A DNA stretch of 64,000 nt, taken from the NCBI GenBank assembly GCA_964188305.1, contig OZ076895.1. The stretch is one strand, 5' to 3'. Position 1 is the stretch's first letter. Every line of letters starts with the position of its first letter. Source of the stretch: Podarcis bocagei (lineage: Eukaryota). A program made the position numbers and the translations under genes. The notes under the pieces are model-generated. The model worked only from the letters and a program-made list of their open reading frames with translations, did not search any database and was not told the origin of the DNA. Of the stretch, positions 1-10,993 are shown in pieces.

Positions 1-92
1 CCCAAAGTAACGTGTTCTATTAAATCTGGGTCGCCGCGGAGCGCAACCTGAAAACGCTCAACCTGAAGCAACTTCAACACGGGGTATGACTG
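1..92. mobile_element. Tigger/pogo-like MITE, one end only (cut by window start)
   Basis: Ends GGTATGACTG|TA. Its reverse complement matches the start of the MITE at 37588-37826. Confidence 0.7.
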
Positions 93-212
93 TATATGGT
101 AGTTTATGGACCTAATGGGTATCTAAAACCATTTGCACATAACAAAATATGTATTTTATCAAAGTAATTGTTGAACTGAAATACAATTAAGAAGTATATT
201 AATAGTGAAATA

Positions 213-454
213 CAGTGGTACCTCGGGTTAAGTACTTAATTTGTTCCGGAGGTCCGCTCTTAACCTGAAACTGTTCTTAACCTGAAGCACCACTTTAGCT
301 AATGGGGCCTCCTGCTGCCGCCGTGTCACTGGAGCCCAATTTCTGTTCTTATCCTGAAGCAAAGTTCTTAACCCAAGGTACTATTTCTGGGTTAGCGGAG
401 TATATAACCTGAAGCATATGTAATCTGAAGTGTATGTAACCCAAGGTACCACTG
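213..454. mobile_element. Tigger/pogo-like MITE (242 bp, family A)
   Basis: TIRs CAGTGGTACCTCGGGTT / AACCCAAGGTACCACTG with TA TSD. Near-identical copies at 2242, 37874, 42522, 44871 and 51182. Confidence 0.9.
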
Positions 455-669
455 TACAATTAAGAAGAAGTATATTAATAGTGAAATAATTATTAAGCTC
501 CAACTTAACATTTTGGAAATGTGCACCCAGTTTTTTTGGGGGGGCCAAGAGAGTGGGGCCTTAGGCTATAGCTTGTTTGGCTTATACGTAAATCCGGCAC
601 TGGGACTTCTCACTATCCTCTTGAAAAGCGCAAACTCGGTAACTGGAAAATGCATTAAGAACAAAACTA

Positions 670-1210
670 AGCGCCCGGCGCTCTTGCCTTGCCGAAGGTT
701 TTCCGGCCCCTTCCGGCCCGCGCTGGAAATCACGGGCATCGCCGACACTTTCTGGAGCAATGTGGGGGCGGCCGCCCGGTGCTCCTGCCCTGGACGGACA
801 TCTCCCCGCTTTGCCCCGGCTCCGGCTCCTCCCTCGCGCCCCCTTCTCGCTCGGTAAACGCAGTAGCAGACGCCGGCCCCGACCGCCAGCCCCGCCACCA
901 GCCCCGTCACCGACGACCCTCCGCGCTCCCTCATGGTCACGTCTCTCTCGGCCCCTCAGAGATCCGCCGGGAGGAAGCGGCCATCAGCGACATGGCTCCG
1001 CCTCCCTCGCTCCGCGGCCTGGAAGAGAAACGGCGCCTCGGCGCCCCCTTGCGCGCGCGGCGCCCTCCGCATCCAGACCTCCGCGCGCAGGAAGCGCGCT
1101 GGGGAGATCTGGCGCCGGCCCCCCTCCCCGAGTTTTTTATTTTACCGCCCACTGCCGCCTCAGAAGTAGGCGAAGCAACGGAATCCCGAGTAAAACATCC
1201 ACTCGCTTTC
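670..1210. promoter_or_regulatory. CpG island / ARMC10 promoter and exon 1
   Basis: Very GC- and CpG-rich stretch covering the exon and upstream region, with GCGC-rich NRF1-like sites at about 1050-1100. Confidence 0.75.
688..934 (-). CDS. ARMC10: ARMC10 (armadillo repeat-containing 10) coding exon 1
   Basis: MRERGGSSVTGLVAGLAVGAGVCYCVYRARRGR matches the ARMC10/ARMCX N-terminal membrane anchor (xAGLxxGAGACYCIYRL). It is head-to-head with FBXL13 as in mammals. The likely phase-1 donor is CAAG|GCAAGA at 688/687. Confidence 0.88.
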
Positions 1211-1572
1211 TCCCTTCAGAGCCTGTTTTAACCCCGCTCTTCATCCAGGGCGGCTCTTTTTAGTGCAGTTCGTAGGACGAGGAGATAAGGACTTAAAAGC
1301 GCAATCCTAAACCCAGAGAGATGGGGCCCCAGGGCGCGCTTCTCCAGGGGAGGCTGGAGCCGCAGGGCGGAATGCGCCTCCCCCCCCCCGCCTGCTGTAA
1401 CGGCCCCCACCAACGGCTGGATTCTTCCATTTGCCCCTCGCGCTCCATCCTCAAGCGTTGCTTTGGTGCCCCCCTTGCAGCTGCCCTGGTCGGGACGCCC
1501 TAAATCCGCCTCTGCCCGGATTCTTGCCTACTCTGAGCAAGAGGGGAGAGGCGCAATGTTTGCGCCCCCTGG

Positions 1573-1742
1573 CAGTGGCGTAGCGTGGGTTGTCAGCACC
1601 CGGGGCAAGGCAAGTAATTTGCGCCCCCTAACCCGTGGATTTGCGCCCTCTAACCCGTGGATTTGCGCCCTCTAACCCTAACCCCCAGATGTTGCACCCG
1701 GTGTGGCCGCCCCCCCCCCTGCACCCCCACGCTACGCCACTG
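1573..1742. mobile_element. hAT-type MITE with internal 22-bp tandem repeat
   Basis: TIRs CAGTGGCGTAGCGTGGG / CCCACGCTACGCCACTG and a perfect 8-bp TSD CCCCCTGG (1565-1572, 1743-1750). Confidence 0.85.
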
Positions 1743-2241
1743 CCCCCTGGTCCTGCGCTGTTGGCGAGGGCCAATCTGGCCAACTTCTAGGTATGCCCCG
1801 GGGCCAGGCTCTGTGGATGGAGTGGCTGGATCAGCATTCCCCCCCCCCACAGCAGAGACCATGGAGCTCAAAAAGAAGCTCAAAAAGGTTGTTTTGGGTC
1901 CCCTTTGGCCCTCTGCCAGTGACTCCCCCCCCCCCACCATAGGGGTTGGGTCTGTTCTGCTGCGCCCCCCCCCCGCCTGCTGTAACAGCCCCCACCAACG
2001 GCTGGATTCTTCCATTTGCCTCTGGCACTGCATCCTCAAGCGTTGCTTTGGTATCCCCCTTGCAACTGCTGATTTTGGAGTTCATGGGAACTACAGGGGA
2101 AAGGAGCAGTAACTTTGCATGAGTCTCTTCTGGATACAACTCAAAAGTGGGGTGGGGATGGAGATCAACACCTGACATTTAATCTCATCACCTTCGCACA
2201 TTGTCTGCTGACCTGTGTTGCCCCTTCTAGGTTGCTGAGTA

Positions 2242-2483
2242 CAGTGGTACCTCAGGTTACAGATGCTTCAGGTTACATACGCTTCAGGTTACCGACTCTG
2301 CTAACCCAGAAATAGTACCTCGGGTTAAGAACTTTGCTTCAGGATGAGAACAGAAATTGTGCTCCAGCAGTGCAGCGGCAGCAGGAGGCCCCATTAGCTA
2401 AAGTGGTGCTTCAGGTTAAGAACAGTTTCAGGTTAAGAGCGGACCTCCAGAATGAATTAAGTACTTAACCCAAGGTACCACTG
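2242..2483. mobile_element. Tigger/pogo-like MITE (family A), opposite orientation to 213-454
   Basis: CAGTGGTACC...GGTACCACTG termini with TA TSD. Confidence 0.9.
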
Positions 2484-2948
2484 TACTGCAGTCCCAGGAG
2501 AAGCCACAACAGGCAAACTTCCTTTCCTGCCTAACTGTTCCTTGTCCTCTTTTGTCAGGATCAAGTTACCATTGCATGTGGATACATAAAAAGCAGCATT
2601 TTCTTTAAAATGAAAAAAGCAGCTTGAGAGGGGCCAGTTTAGGAAAAAGCATCAGTGTGAGGGCTGTTTTAGCCTTTCTCTGCCTGCCACTTCTCCATTC
2701 CTATCTACCCCCAACTGTTTCTCCCTCTCTGCGGTGCTGAACCCATGTTTGTGAGGGTAGAGTGTGGAAACAAACTGGAAATAGCTTGAGAGGGAGGAAT
2801 CTCTTAGCAGAGAAGGAGGGTAGGGGGGCTTTTCCTGCTCATTCTCTACTTAAACCACCCTCTTCCAACAGTGTTCTTTTAAAATAAGTAGTAGATTACA
2901 ACTTTTACTTTCATGCATCTGCTTGCAATGTTGATGTGCCTGCTATTC

Positions 2949-3217
2949 CAGGGATCAGCAAGGTTTACCTCGCCTGGGCCGGTTCACTCCCGCAGAGATC
3001 GCTCCATGGGCTGGATGACGCGATTTCAGGCATCTCCACATGCACAGACGTGATTTCCAGCATCGCAGTAGTGAGTCCCCACTCCGCACTGCGCCAGTTT
3101 AGCGCAGCGTGCGGGGACCCGACAAGCGTGTGGCTCAGTTCGGGGGTGGCTCGTGGGCTGTTTAAATGACCCCCGTGGGCCGCTTGTGGCCCATGGGCCG
3201 CAGGTTGCCGCCCCCTG
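2949..3217. mobile_element. hAT (Charlie-like) MITE
   Basis: CAGGG...CCCTG termini and an 8-bp TSD TGCTATTC / TGCTGTTC (one mismatch). Confidence 0.75.
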
Positions 3218-3695
3218 TGCTGTTCTGTGAGGTTTGGTCTCATTTGCGCTTTCTCCTCCAGCTCCAGCAGTCATTGTTTCTTCAGAACTCTGTTATGCAC
3301 CCTGTTCCCCCCTCCCATAGGATAAATGTATGTGTCAGCTAAGTGTAAACTTGGAGATTGCAACTTGAAATGTTGTCTGTGGTATGGTGCAATGCAGCTT
3401 ATCATGTTCTTCAAAGTTCCTTCTCTCACTGGTAACTTCTTCGCCTGTTTCTCTGTCTGTGCTATGCTTTTCCTCAAGTCTCACTTCCCAGCTGTTTTCC
3501 CAGGTTCCTCTTTTTTCCTTCCAATGCCTTGCTGCATGCTTCCACCAGCCACCTTGCCTCTGGTCTCTCCACCCCTTCGTTTTACTATCTCCTATGATCT
3601 CTTTCTAGTCCTCAACCTTCCCCAAAAAGCCCTGCCTCTCCCTAGGGCCTATGTGGTGTTTTAATCTGAGCCAAAATGACAAAGTTCCTTTTCAG

Positions 3696-4600
3696 CCTAG
3701 AAGTTGAACTGAAAATATTCTGGCAACGGTGCTCACTCAGCTGTTTGATAATAATCTGTCAAAAGTGCAATACGATATAGTGAGTATCCCCCCTTTTAAT
3801 TAAAAAAAAATTATAGGCATAGTTTCTATTGGCATATCAATGTCTTTTTTCAGTGAACAAATGTGCTTGAGTTGTGTTATCATTAAAATGATTGGGAATG
3901 TGACAATTTCTGAACACATTTTGGAGGTGCTATCATTATTGCGGTGTTAACATTGTAATCTTCTCAGGTATTTAATTACTTTCCCAAAGACATCTATAAA
4001 TTAACTTCCTAAGCAGTGTGCCATCTGAGACATTAAAATATAACTTTTAATTTGGAAAGTTTGCTGAAAAATAATTCATTCTTGTGGTTGGATTTCTTAT
4101 TTTAGTCTATTACCTCAGCCTGTCAAAAACCAACCTCTCTTTAATCTGTATTAGCCACGGAGGTGTGTTGTGAATTGGAAGAAACACATCACTTACTCGG
4201 GCTAATATATATTTTGTGTCTACGAGCACAATATTTAAAAATAATGCATAGGCAGTTTTTAGCAGCGGTTACAGGTGTAAAAGCTCAGTTGCAAATGGCA
4301 TATTCTAGTTTTGTGTCATGCACTAATGCTTTAATTGAGAAGAAGCTATGTTTTCATGATGTCTGTCATTAAGACAGGAGGTTCACAAACTCTCTTGGGG
4401 TGTTGTTTCTTTGAGGTACAGGATATCTTTGAGCTTCACACAGTACACTGCTAATGCACGAAGGTTGAAAATAATGCACCTTTCTTTGACAGATCAGGGG
4501 TTAATTTGGGTCTCATAATCTGCCTGTTCTATCTGGGGATATACTCACAGCTTTGTAGTACAGCAGCTGTTCTGCATTTTGGGCAGTCGGTTCTTGGATT
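3696..4600 (+). pseudogene. Possible decayed Tctex-type dynein light chain gene (3 exon-like segments: 3696-3779, from 4106, from 4493)
   Basis: Exon-like segments with AG acceptors (the first also has a GTGAGT donor) read PRS*TENILATVLTQLFDNNLSKVQYDI / SACQK..LATEVCCELEE / DQGLIWVS*SACSIWGYTHSFV. These resemble Tctex-domain motifs (L..V.YD, LA..I...V.E, QG...S..IWD...SW/FV). Similarity is weak and judged by eye. Confidence 0.35.
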
Positions 4601-6181
4601 TGCAGATTCAGGAAATCCCGTCCACTGAGAGCATGCTGCTCTGTTTTCATAATGTTACTTCAAAGCCTTATTCTCTGATGGTTAAGTAACAAGATGCCAT
4701 ATCATGTCGACTACTTTTTGCACAGCTGAGTAGTCAAGTTTGGATTTGCCGCTGGGTGTGTGTATTTTATTAACAAAGAATGTGGGCTTTAGAATCATGT
4801 GACTCTGAAGCATCTTCTTTGGAAAGATTTATTTTGCTAAGCTAATAAGATACCTAAGGATGGAAAGAAATGAATCAAGTGCCTGTGATGAAATATAATA
4901 GCTTTTTAGTGTAAGTGAGAGATGAGTAGTAACAACAGCAATAACTGCAGATGACAGCAAAGTCATGGCCTCTGGGGAAAGTGGTTTCCTAGTAGTATTC
5001 AACTTGGTGCTCATTTGGCTGAGAATATTTTTGAACTTCATAGAACAAACCAAAGTTGCATTTTTGCTTTGCATCTTCAACTAGTTGAGAACTCTTGCAA
5101 ACACCCAAAGGAAAAATACTGACTCTTCCTAATGGTACATCAATATTGAAATGGCCAGAAATGAGGCCAGTTGGGGACTTCCGGAGGCGGCGCGAAATAA
5201 GTAATGGTGGTCCTCTTTGCGCTGCGAAGAGGGGCTCCGCAGAAAAGGGTCGTTCGCTGCGGCAAAGCGACGACCCATTAAGATAAACCACGAGCAGAAC
5301 GAGCTCGTGGCCGTGGGATCCGGCGGGCACCTAGAGCGACCCCCAAAACGAAGAAGGGTCCCCGTAAGGGGGTCCGGAAGCGCGGAGGGGAAGCGGTGCT
5401 GTGGATTCATCGCTCTTTCTGCGGGAGTGAAGCCACGCGGCTGTTGCTGATGAGCGCCGACCTTTCTTCCTTAAGAATTGGATTCTAAATCATCTACTCG
5501 TGAGTAGGAAGAGTATTAATTTCGGGACTACAAAGTAAAAATTTGGCTGAAAGCGGGAGACGAGAAAAAGGAAGTCCGTCTCCCGGTAGTGCTTAGAGAT
5601 CAAAGGCAAAGGAACTGACAAGCTGGAAGCAATAAAAAGGGATTTAAAGACGGGAAGCTTCATGCGTCTGGTGGAGTTTGGTAACTGAAGGGAAAGGCAA
5701 GCTTTTATTTTTTTATCTGCTACTGTTCTGACTTTACTTGAGGATCCTCTCCCTTACTGGACTTTTAAAACCTTAAAAACCCCAGTCCCGGGCTTGCAGG
5801 GGGTAAAAAGCTTCTTTGCGGATACATATACAAAGTTGAAACGGATACATAGAGGCATCATTGGTGGATACAATTAAATAACTGTATCTTGCATCTTCAG
5901 ATAAACTATTGGGACAATATTGAAAGGGCTCTGCCAGTGGAAAAAAAGTTTTCTTTGAGGACTATTGTTAATTTACTTAACTGCAGGAACTTTAATGGCG
6001 ACTGAACCTTCTTCCTTCTTTCCTGAACTGTAACAACACTCCCTCTAGTGGAGTTTGGGATTTACAAATTCCTGAGAACCAACTTTGTTTTGACTCTCTG
6101 TGGCTTGGTTATCTACTTTGAGGCCTGTCTTTCACATGGAACATTTGACAGTTTGACCTTGAATCCAAAGGCAGGTGTGGA

Positions 6182-7228
6182 ATGAGTGGTCCACCGAAAA
6201 CAAGAGCTGCGTCGAAAGCAGGAAAAGGCCAATTAGTACAAACAACTCTGATTTCCCAGGCTCGCAGATCTTCAGTCCCTGCTGTTTTACAGGGAGCTGT
6301 ACCCTCAACAACAGCTCCATCTAAGGAAGCTGAACAGCCAACAACTGAGGATATGGCAGCAGGGGGATCTGGAACTCTTTTAGAGGAAATGCTACAACAA
6401 TTTGCAATTTTGAACAAAAAGGTTGACGATCAAACTGCTAAAATTGACCTAGCTACATCCTCAATTACTAAACTTTCTGAACAGGTGGCTAAGCACTCAC
6501 AAGATATTGGGAGTTTAAAGGACGCTACATCTGAAAATCGGAAATTGGCCGAGGCTGCGAATGAAAAAGCAGGCCAAGCAATTCAGAAAGCGGATGAATT
6601 GAAAGGAGAAGTAAGGCCGCTTTACAAACACGTCAGCGACCAGCAGGCCTACCTGTCTATGGTGGAACTGAGAAACAGGGAAAATAATTTGAGATTACGC
6701 TCTATCCCAGAGATTGAGAAAGAGGATTTGACTGGCTTTTTGACAGCAGAATTTTCTAAATTCTGGGGTATAGAAGAAGATACAGATTTTAAAATAACAA
6801 CTGCATTCAGACTGGGAAGAGTTGCCAGGAAGGACAGGCCTAGAGACTGTTTGATCATCTTAAGGACCAAGCAAGAGAGAGACAAACTACTTGACCTACA
6901 TTTTAATAAAGCACTTGAGATCCAGGACAGAAGAGCTCAAATTTACAAGGATATCCCTAAACAACTACTGGATCTCAGATCAAACTACACTGAACTAGCT
7001 GGGCTTTTGAGAAGCAACGGAATACCCTACAGGTGGGAGTTTCCACAAGGCCTATCATTCAACTACACAGGAAAGAAGATTAAAATCAAAACGAAAGAGG
7101 ATAGCCAGAAGTTTCTGCACGACCACGGAGAAGACCTGCAGAAGGGAACAGCAGGTCCTTGGCCTCCACCTGAGTCTGGGAAAGTGCCAGCACCCTCGGA
7201 TTTAGACAAGAAAGAAGACACCCCATAA
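6182..7228 (+). CDS. L1 ORF1p (coiled coil, RRM, CTD), 348 aa, intact
   Basis: Heptad-rich N-terminal half followed by ELRNRENNLRLRSIPE, AFRLG..RPRDCLI, IYKDIP and YRWEFP motifs typical of L1 ORF1p. Confidence 0.92.
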   Translation: MSGPPKTRAASKAGKGQLVQTTLISQARRSSVPAVLQGAVPSTTAPSKEAEQPTTEDMAAGGSGTLLEEMLQQFAILNKKVDDQTAKIDLATSSITKLSEQVAKHSQDIGSLKDATSENRKLAEAANEKAGQAIQKADELKGEVRPLYKHVSDQQAYLSMVELRNRENNLRLRSIPEIEKEDLTGFLTAEFSKFWGIEEDTDFKITTAFRLGRVARKDRPRDCLIILRTKQERDKLLDLHFNKALEIQDRRAQIYKDIPKQLLDLRSNYTELAGLLRSNGIPYRWEFPQGLSFNYTGKKIKIKTKEDSQKFLHDHGEDLQKGTAGPWPPPESGKVPAPSDLDKKEDTP

Positions 7229-7252
7229 AGAGCAACAACAGATTAATACAGG

Positions 7253-10200
7253 ATGTCTCTACAGCTGTATAGTTGGAACATTAATGGCGCGAATTCCCCG
7301 GAAAAACGCAAAAGGATTTTTCATATTTTGAAGAAGGAACATTTGGATATAATCTGTCTGCAAGAAACCCACGTGACCAGGCTTCACAGGAAAGTGTTAA
7401 TAAACAAAAGACTAGGCCAAGAATTTATCTCATCAGACAGAGTTAAAAAGAGAGGAGTGGTGATCTATGCAAAAGAGAACTTATCACCAAAATTCTTGTT
7501 TAAAGATGAACAAGGAAGAATCCTGGCAATTGAAATACAAATCCAAGGAGAAAAAGTCTTGATATTAGGAATTTACGCACCAAATGAGGGGAAATCAGAA
7601 TTCTACAAGAAGCTTCATGAGACATTACTGGATTATCTGGACTATTCTAACATCATTATGATGGGAGACATGAATGGGGTGGTCTCTACCTATATGGATA
7701 AGTCACAGAACCAGAACCTGACCAAAGATGGAAGACTACCAAAGACTTTTTTCGAACTAACTGACAATATGGATTTGATTGATCTATGGAGGACGAGAAA
7801 CCCCCTAGGTAAAGAAGGAACTTTCTTTTCTGAGGCCCATCTGTCATGGACAAGAATCGACCAAATTTGGACAACTAGAGGTCTGGCACCTAAGACCACA
7901 AGAGTAGAAATCTGCCCAAAGACATGCTCCGACCATAACGCTATGAAAATAGAAATGAGATTTACTACTGCCGATTCCTTCAGATGGAAAATGAATGACA
8001 ACCTGCTAAGAGATCAAGAGATTGTAAAGAAGGCCCAAAAAACTTTAAAGGACTACTTTGAAATTAACCTCAACACCTCGGTGGAAAAAAGAATAATCTG
8101 GGACGCAAGTAAAGCTGTTATGAGAGGGTTTCTGATACAACAAAATACGATCAAGAAAAAACTTTGGAATGGGAAAAAGGATAAGATATTAGAGAAGATA
8201 ACAGCCGGAGAGAAAAAATTAAGACTGAATCCAAAATCAAAAGAGACTTTAAGAGAAATTAAATTTCACCAGTCACAATATATGAAACTGATCAACCAAG
8301 AAGTGGAATAGAAAATTAAACAAATGAACCAAAGATCTTTTGAATCTGCGAATAAATGTGGGAAGCTGTTAGCTTGGCAGTTGAAAAAGAGACAAAAATT
8401 AAACTATGTTACCAATCTAGAAGTGGAAGGAAAAAATATTCAGAAACCAGGAGAAATTAGAAAGTGCTTCCAGAAATATTTCAAAAAACTGTACACCCAA
8501 GGGCCTGAGGAAGTGACTGAGATAGAACAATTTCTGAAAGATAATGGCCTACCAGAATTATCTCAAGAGAAGAGATCAATCTTGAATTGTAAAATAACAC
8601 AACAGGAAATTGAGGTTGCCATACAGAACATGCAGTTAGGCAAATCCCCAGGCCCTGATGGACTTACCTCCAAGTACTACAGGATGTTAAAGGACTACTT
8701 GACACAACCATTAGTGGAGGTTTGCAACCAGATTATGGGGGGAGGGAGGGCACCAGATACGTGGAAAGAAGCATTCATCACTTTGATACCTAAAGTGGAA
8801 ACTGAAAAGACTCAACTCAAGAATTACCGTCCCATCTCACTCCTGAATGTGGATTACAAAATATTTGCAGACATTTTGGCAAATAGATTTAAAAAGGTTT
8901 TAAATGAAGTAATTCATAAGGACCAAGCAGGCTTCCTCCCTGGTAGACATTTGTTTGATAACACCAGGAACATTATTGATATTCTGGAACTTTTACAAAC
9001 AAACATCAACACTAAAGCAGTGTTAATTTTTATTGATGCGGAGAAAGCCTTTGACAATATTTCTTGGAAATTTATGAAGAGAAACTTGGAAGGGATGGGA
9101 GTGGGAAGGGGGTTTGAGAACGGAATAGAAGCAATCTATTCCGAACAAAAAGCTAAGTTGATAGTGAACAATGTGGTGACAGAAGAACTTCAGATTGAAA
9201 AAGGAACACGTCAGGGGTGCCCCCTGTCCCCTTTATTGTTTATTTCAGTCCTGGAGGTTTTGCTGAACATGATAAGGAAGGATCGGCAGGTACAAGGAAT
9301 ACGGGTCGGAGTGAAACAATATAAACTGAAAGCATTTGCAGATGACTTGGTTTTAACATTACAGGAGCCAGAATCTAGTACAAAAAGAGTTCTAGAACTG
9401 ATACAGAAATTTGGTCGGGTGGCGGGTTTCAAGTTGAACAAACAAAAAACTAAGGTGTTAGGGAAAAATTTGACAGCTACTGAAACAGAAGAGTTTCAGA
9501 AGGAAACAGAACTAAACATTGTTAAAAAAGTGAAATACCTGGGGGTCAATCTCTCTTCCAAGAACTTGAACCTATTTAAAGATAATTACGAGAAATGTTG
9601 GTTAGAAGTTAAAAAAGATTTAGAAATTTGGTCAAGACTGAAGTTATCCTTGTTAGGCCGAATTGCAGCTATAAAAATGAACGTTTTGCCAAAGATGTTG
9701 TTTTTGTTTCAGGCCTTACAGATTGTGGACAGAGTGGAATGTTTTGGAAAGTGGCAGAAGGATATCTCTAAATTTGTCTGGCAGGGCAAAAAGCCCCGAA
9801 TAAAGTTTAAAATACTAACTGATGCAAAGGAGAGAGGGGGATTTGCCCTGCCGGACTTAAGGATATATTACGAAGCTGCAGCCTTCTGCTGGATGAGAGA
9901 TTGGATTTTGTTGGAAAACACTGATGTCCTGGATCTGGAAGGCTTTAATAACTCGTTAGGTTGGCATGCGTATTTGTGGTATGACAAGGCAAAAACACAT
10001 GGAATGTTTAAAAACCATATTGTCAGGAGAGCAATATTTATGGTCTGGAAAAAATACAAAGACTTATTAGAAAGCAAAACTCCGAGGTGGGTATCACCAA
10101 TAGAGGCCAAGGCTCGGAAAAAACCCAATATGGAGGCCGGATGGCCGAAATATTGGGAAATAATAGAGAACATCGGAGACAACTGGAGGTTGCAGAGCTT

Positions 10201-10993
10201 TGAAAGGTTAAAGGGTAAGGTGCAAGATTGGTTTCACTATGCCCAAATCAATGAGGTTTTTAAGCTAGATAAAAAAACAGGATTCCAGGTGGAAAAATCG
10301 AAACTTGAGACAGAATTGTTAGAACCAAAGACCAAGCTATTATCGAGAATGTATAACTTGCTGCTTAAATGGAACACTCAGGACGAGACAGTTAAATCAG
10401 CCATGATAAAATGGGCTCAGGACATTGGTTATAACATCATGTCTGAGGACTGGGAAAGGTTATGGACCACCGGTATGAAGTTTACGGCATGTAATGCCTT
10501 GAAAGAAAACATTATGAAAATGGTATACAGGTGGTACATGACCCCAGTCAAGCTTGCTAAGATTTACCATTTGTCCGATAATAAATGCTGGAAATGTAAG
10601 GAGGCTGAAGGGACATTCTTTCACCTCTGGTGGACCTGCCCAAGAGTGAAGGCCTTCTGGGAAATGATATATAACGAGTTAAAAAAGGTGTTTAAATACA
10701 CTTTCCCTAAGAAACCGGAGGCATTCCTCCTGGGCATTGTCGGCCAGAAGGTGTCAAAGAAGGATAGAACTCTTTTCATGTACGCTACTACTGCAGCAAG
10801 GATTCTTATCGCTAAGCATTGGAAGACTCAAGATTTGCCCACACTGGAGGACTGGCAGACGCAACTGATGAACTACATGGAACTAGCCGAGATGACTGCA
10901 AGGATCCAAGATCTGGGAGAAGAAGCTATGGAGGAGGATTGGAAAAAATTTAAGGACTATTTGCAAAAGTACTATAAGTTATATGAATCTTAA
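7253..10993 (+). CDS. L1 ORF2p (APE endonuclease, reverse transcriptase, CCHC), interrupted by one in-frame TAG at 8309-8311
   Basis: EN motifs SWNING, LQETH, IYAPN, GDMN, RIDQI and SDH. RT motifs YRPISLLN, DAEKAFD, GTRQGCPLSP and FADD. C-terminal CWKC...HLWWTC. ORFs 7253-8311 and 8324-10993 are in the same frame. Confidence 0.95.

Noticed and set aside
1628-1686. CTAACCCTAACCC telomere-like motif
   Set aside because: Only about two units, part of a 22-bp repeat inside a hAT MITE, so not an interstitial telomere.
513-2178. Multiple overlapping ORFs of 60-180 aa on both strands near the ARMC10 promoter
   Set aside because: Stop-poor GC-rich CpG island and MITE sequence. Only the - strand ARMC10 frame has recognisable homology.
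8324-10993. Separate third L1 ORF as a programmed feature
   Set aside because: It is in frame with the EN ORF, and the second L1 shows Trp at the stop position, so a nonsense mutation is simpler.
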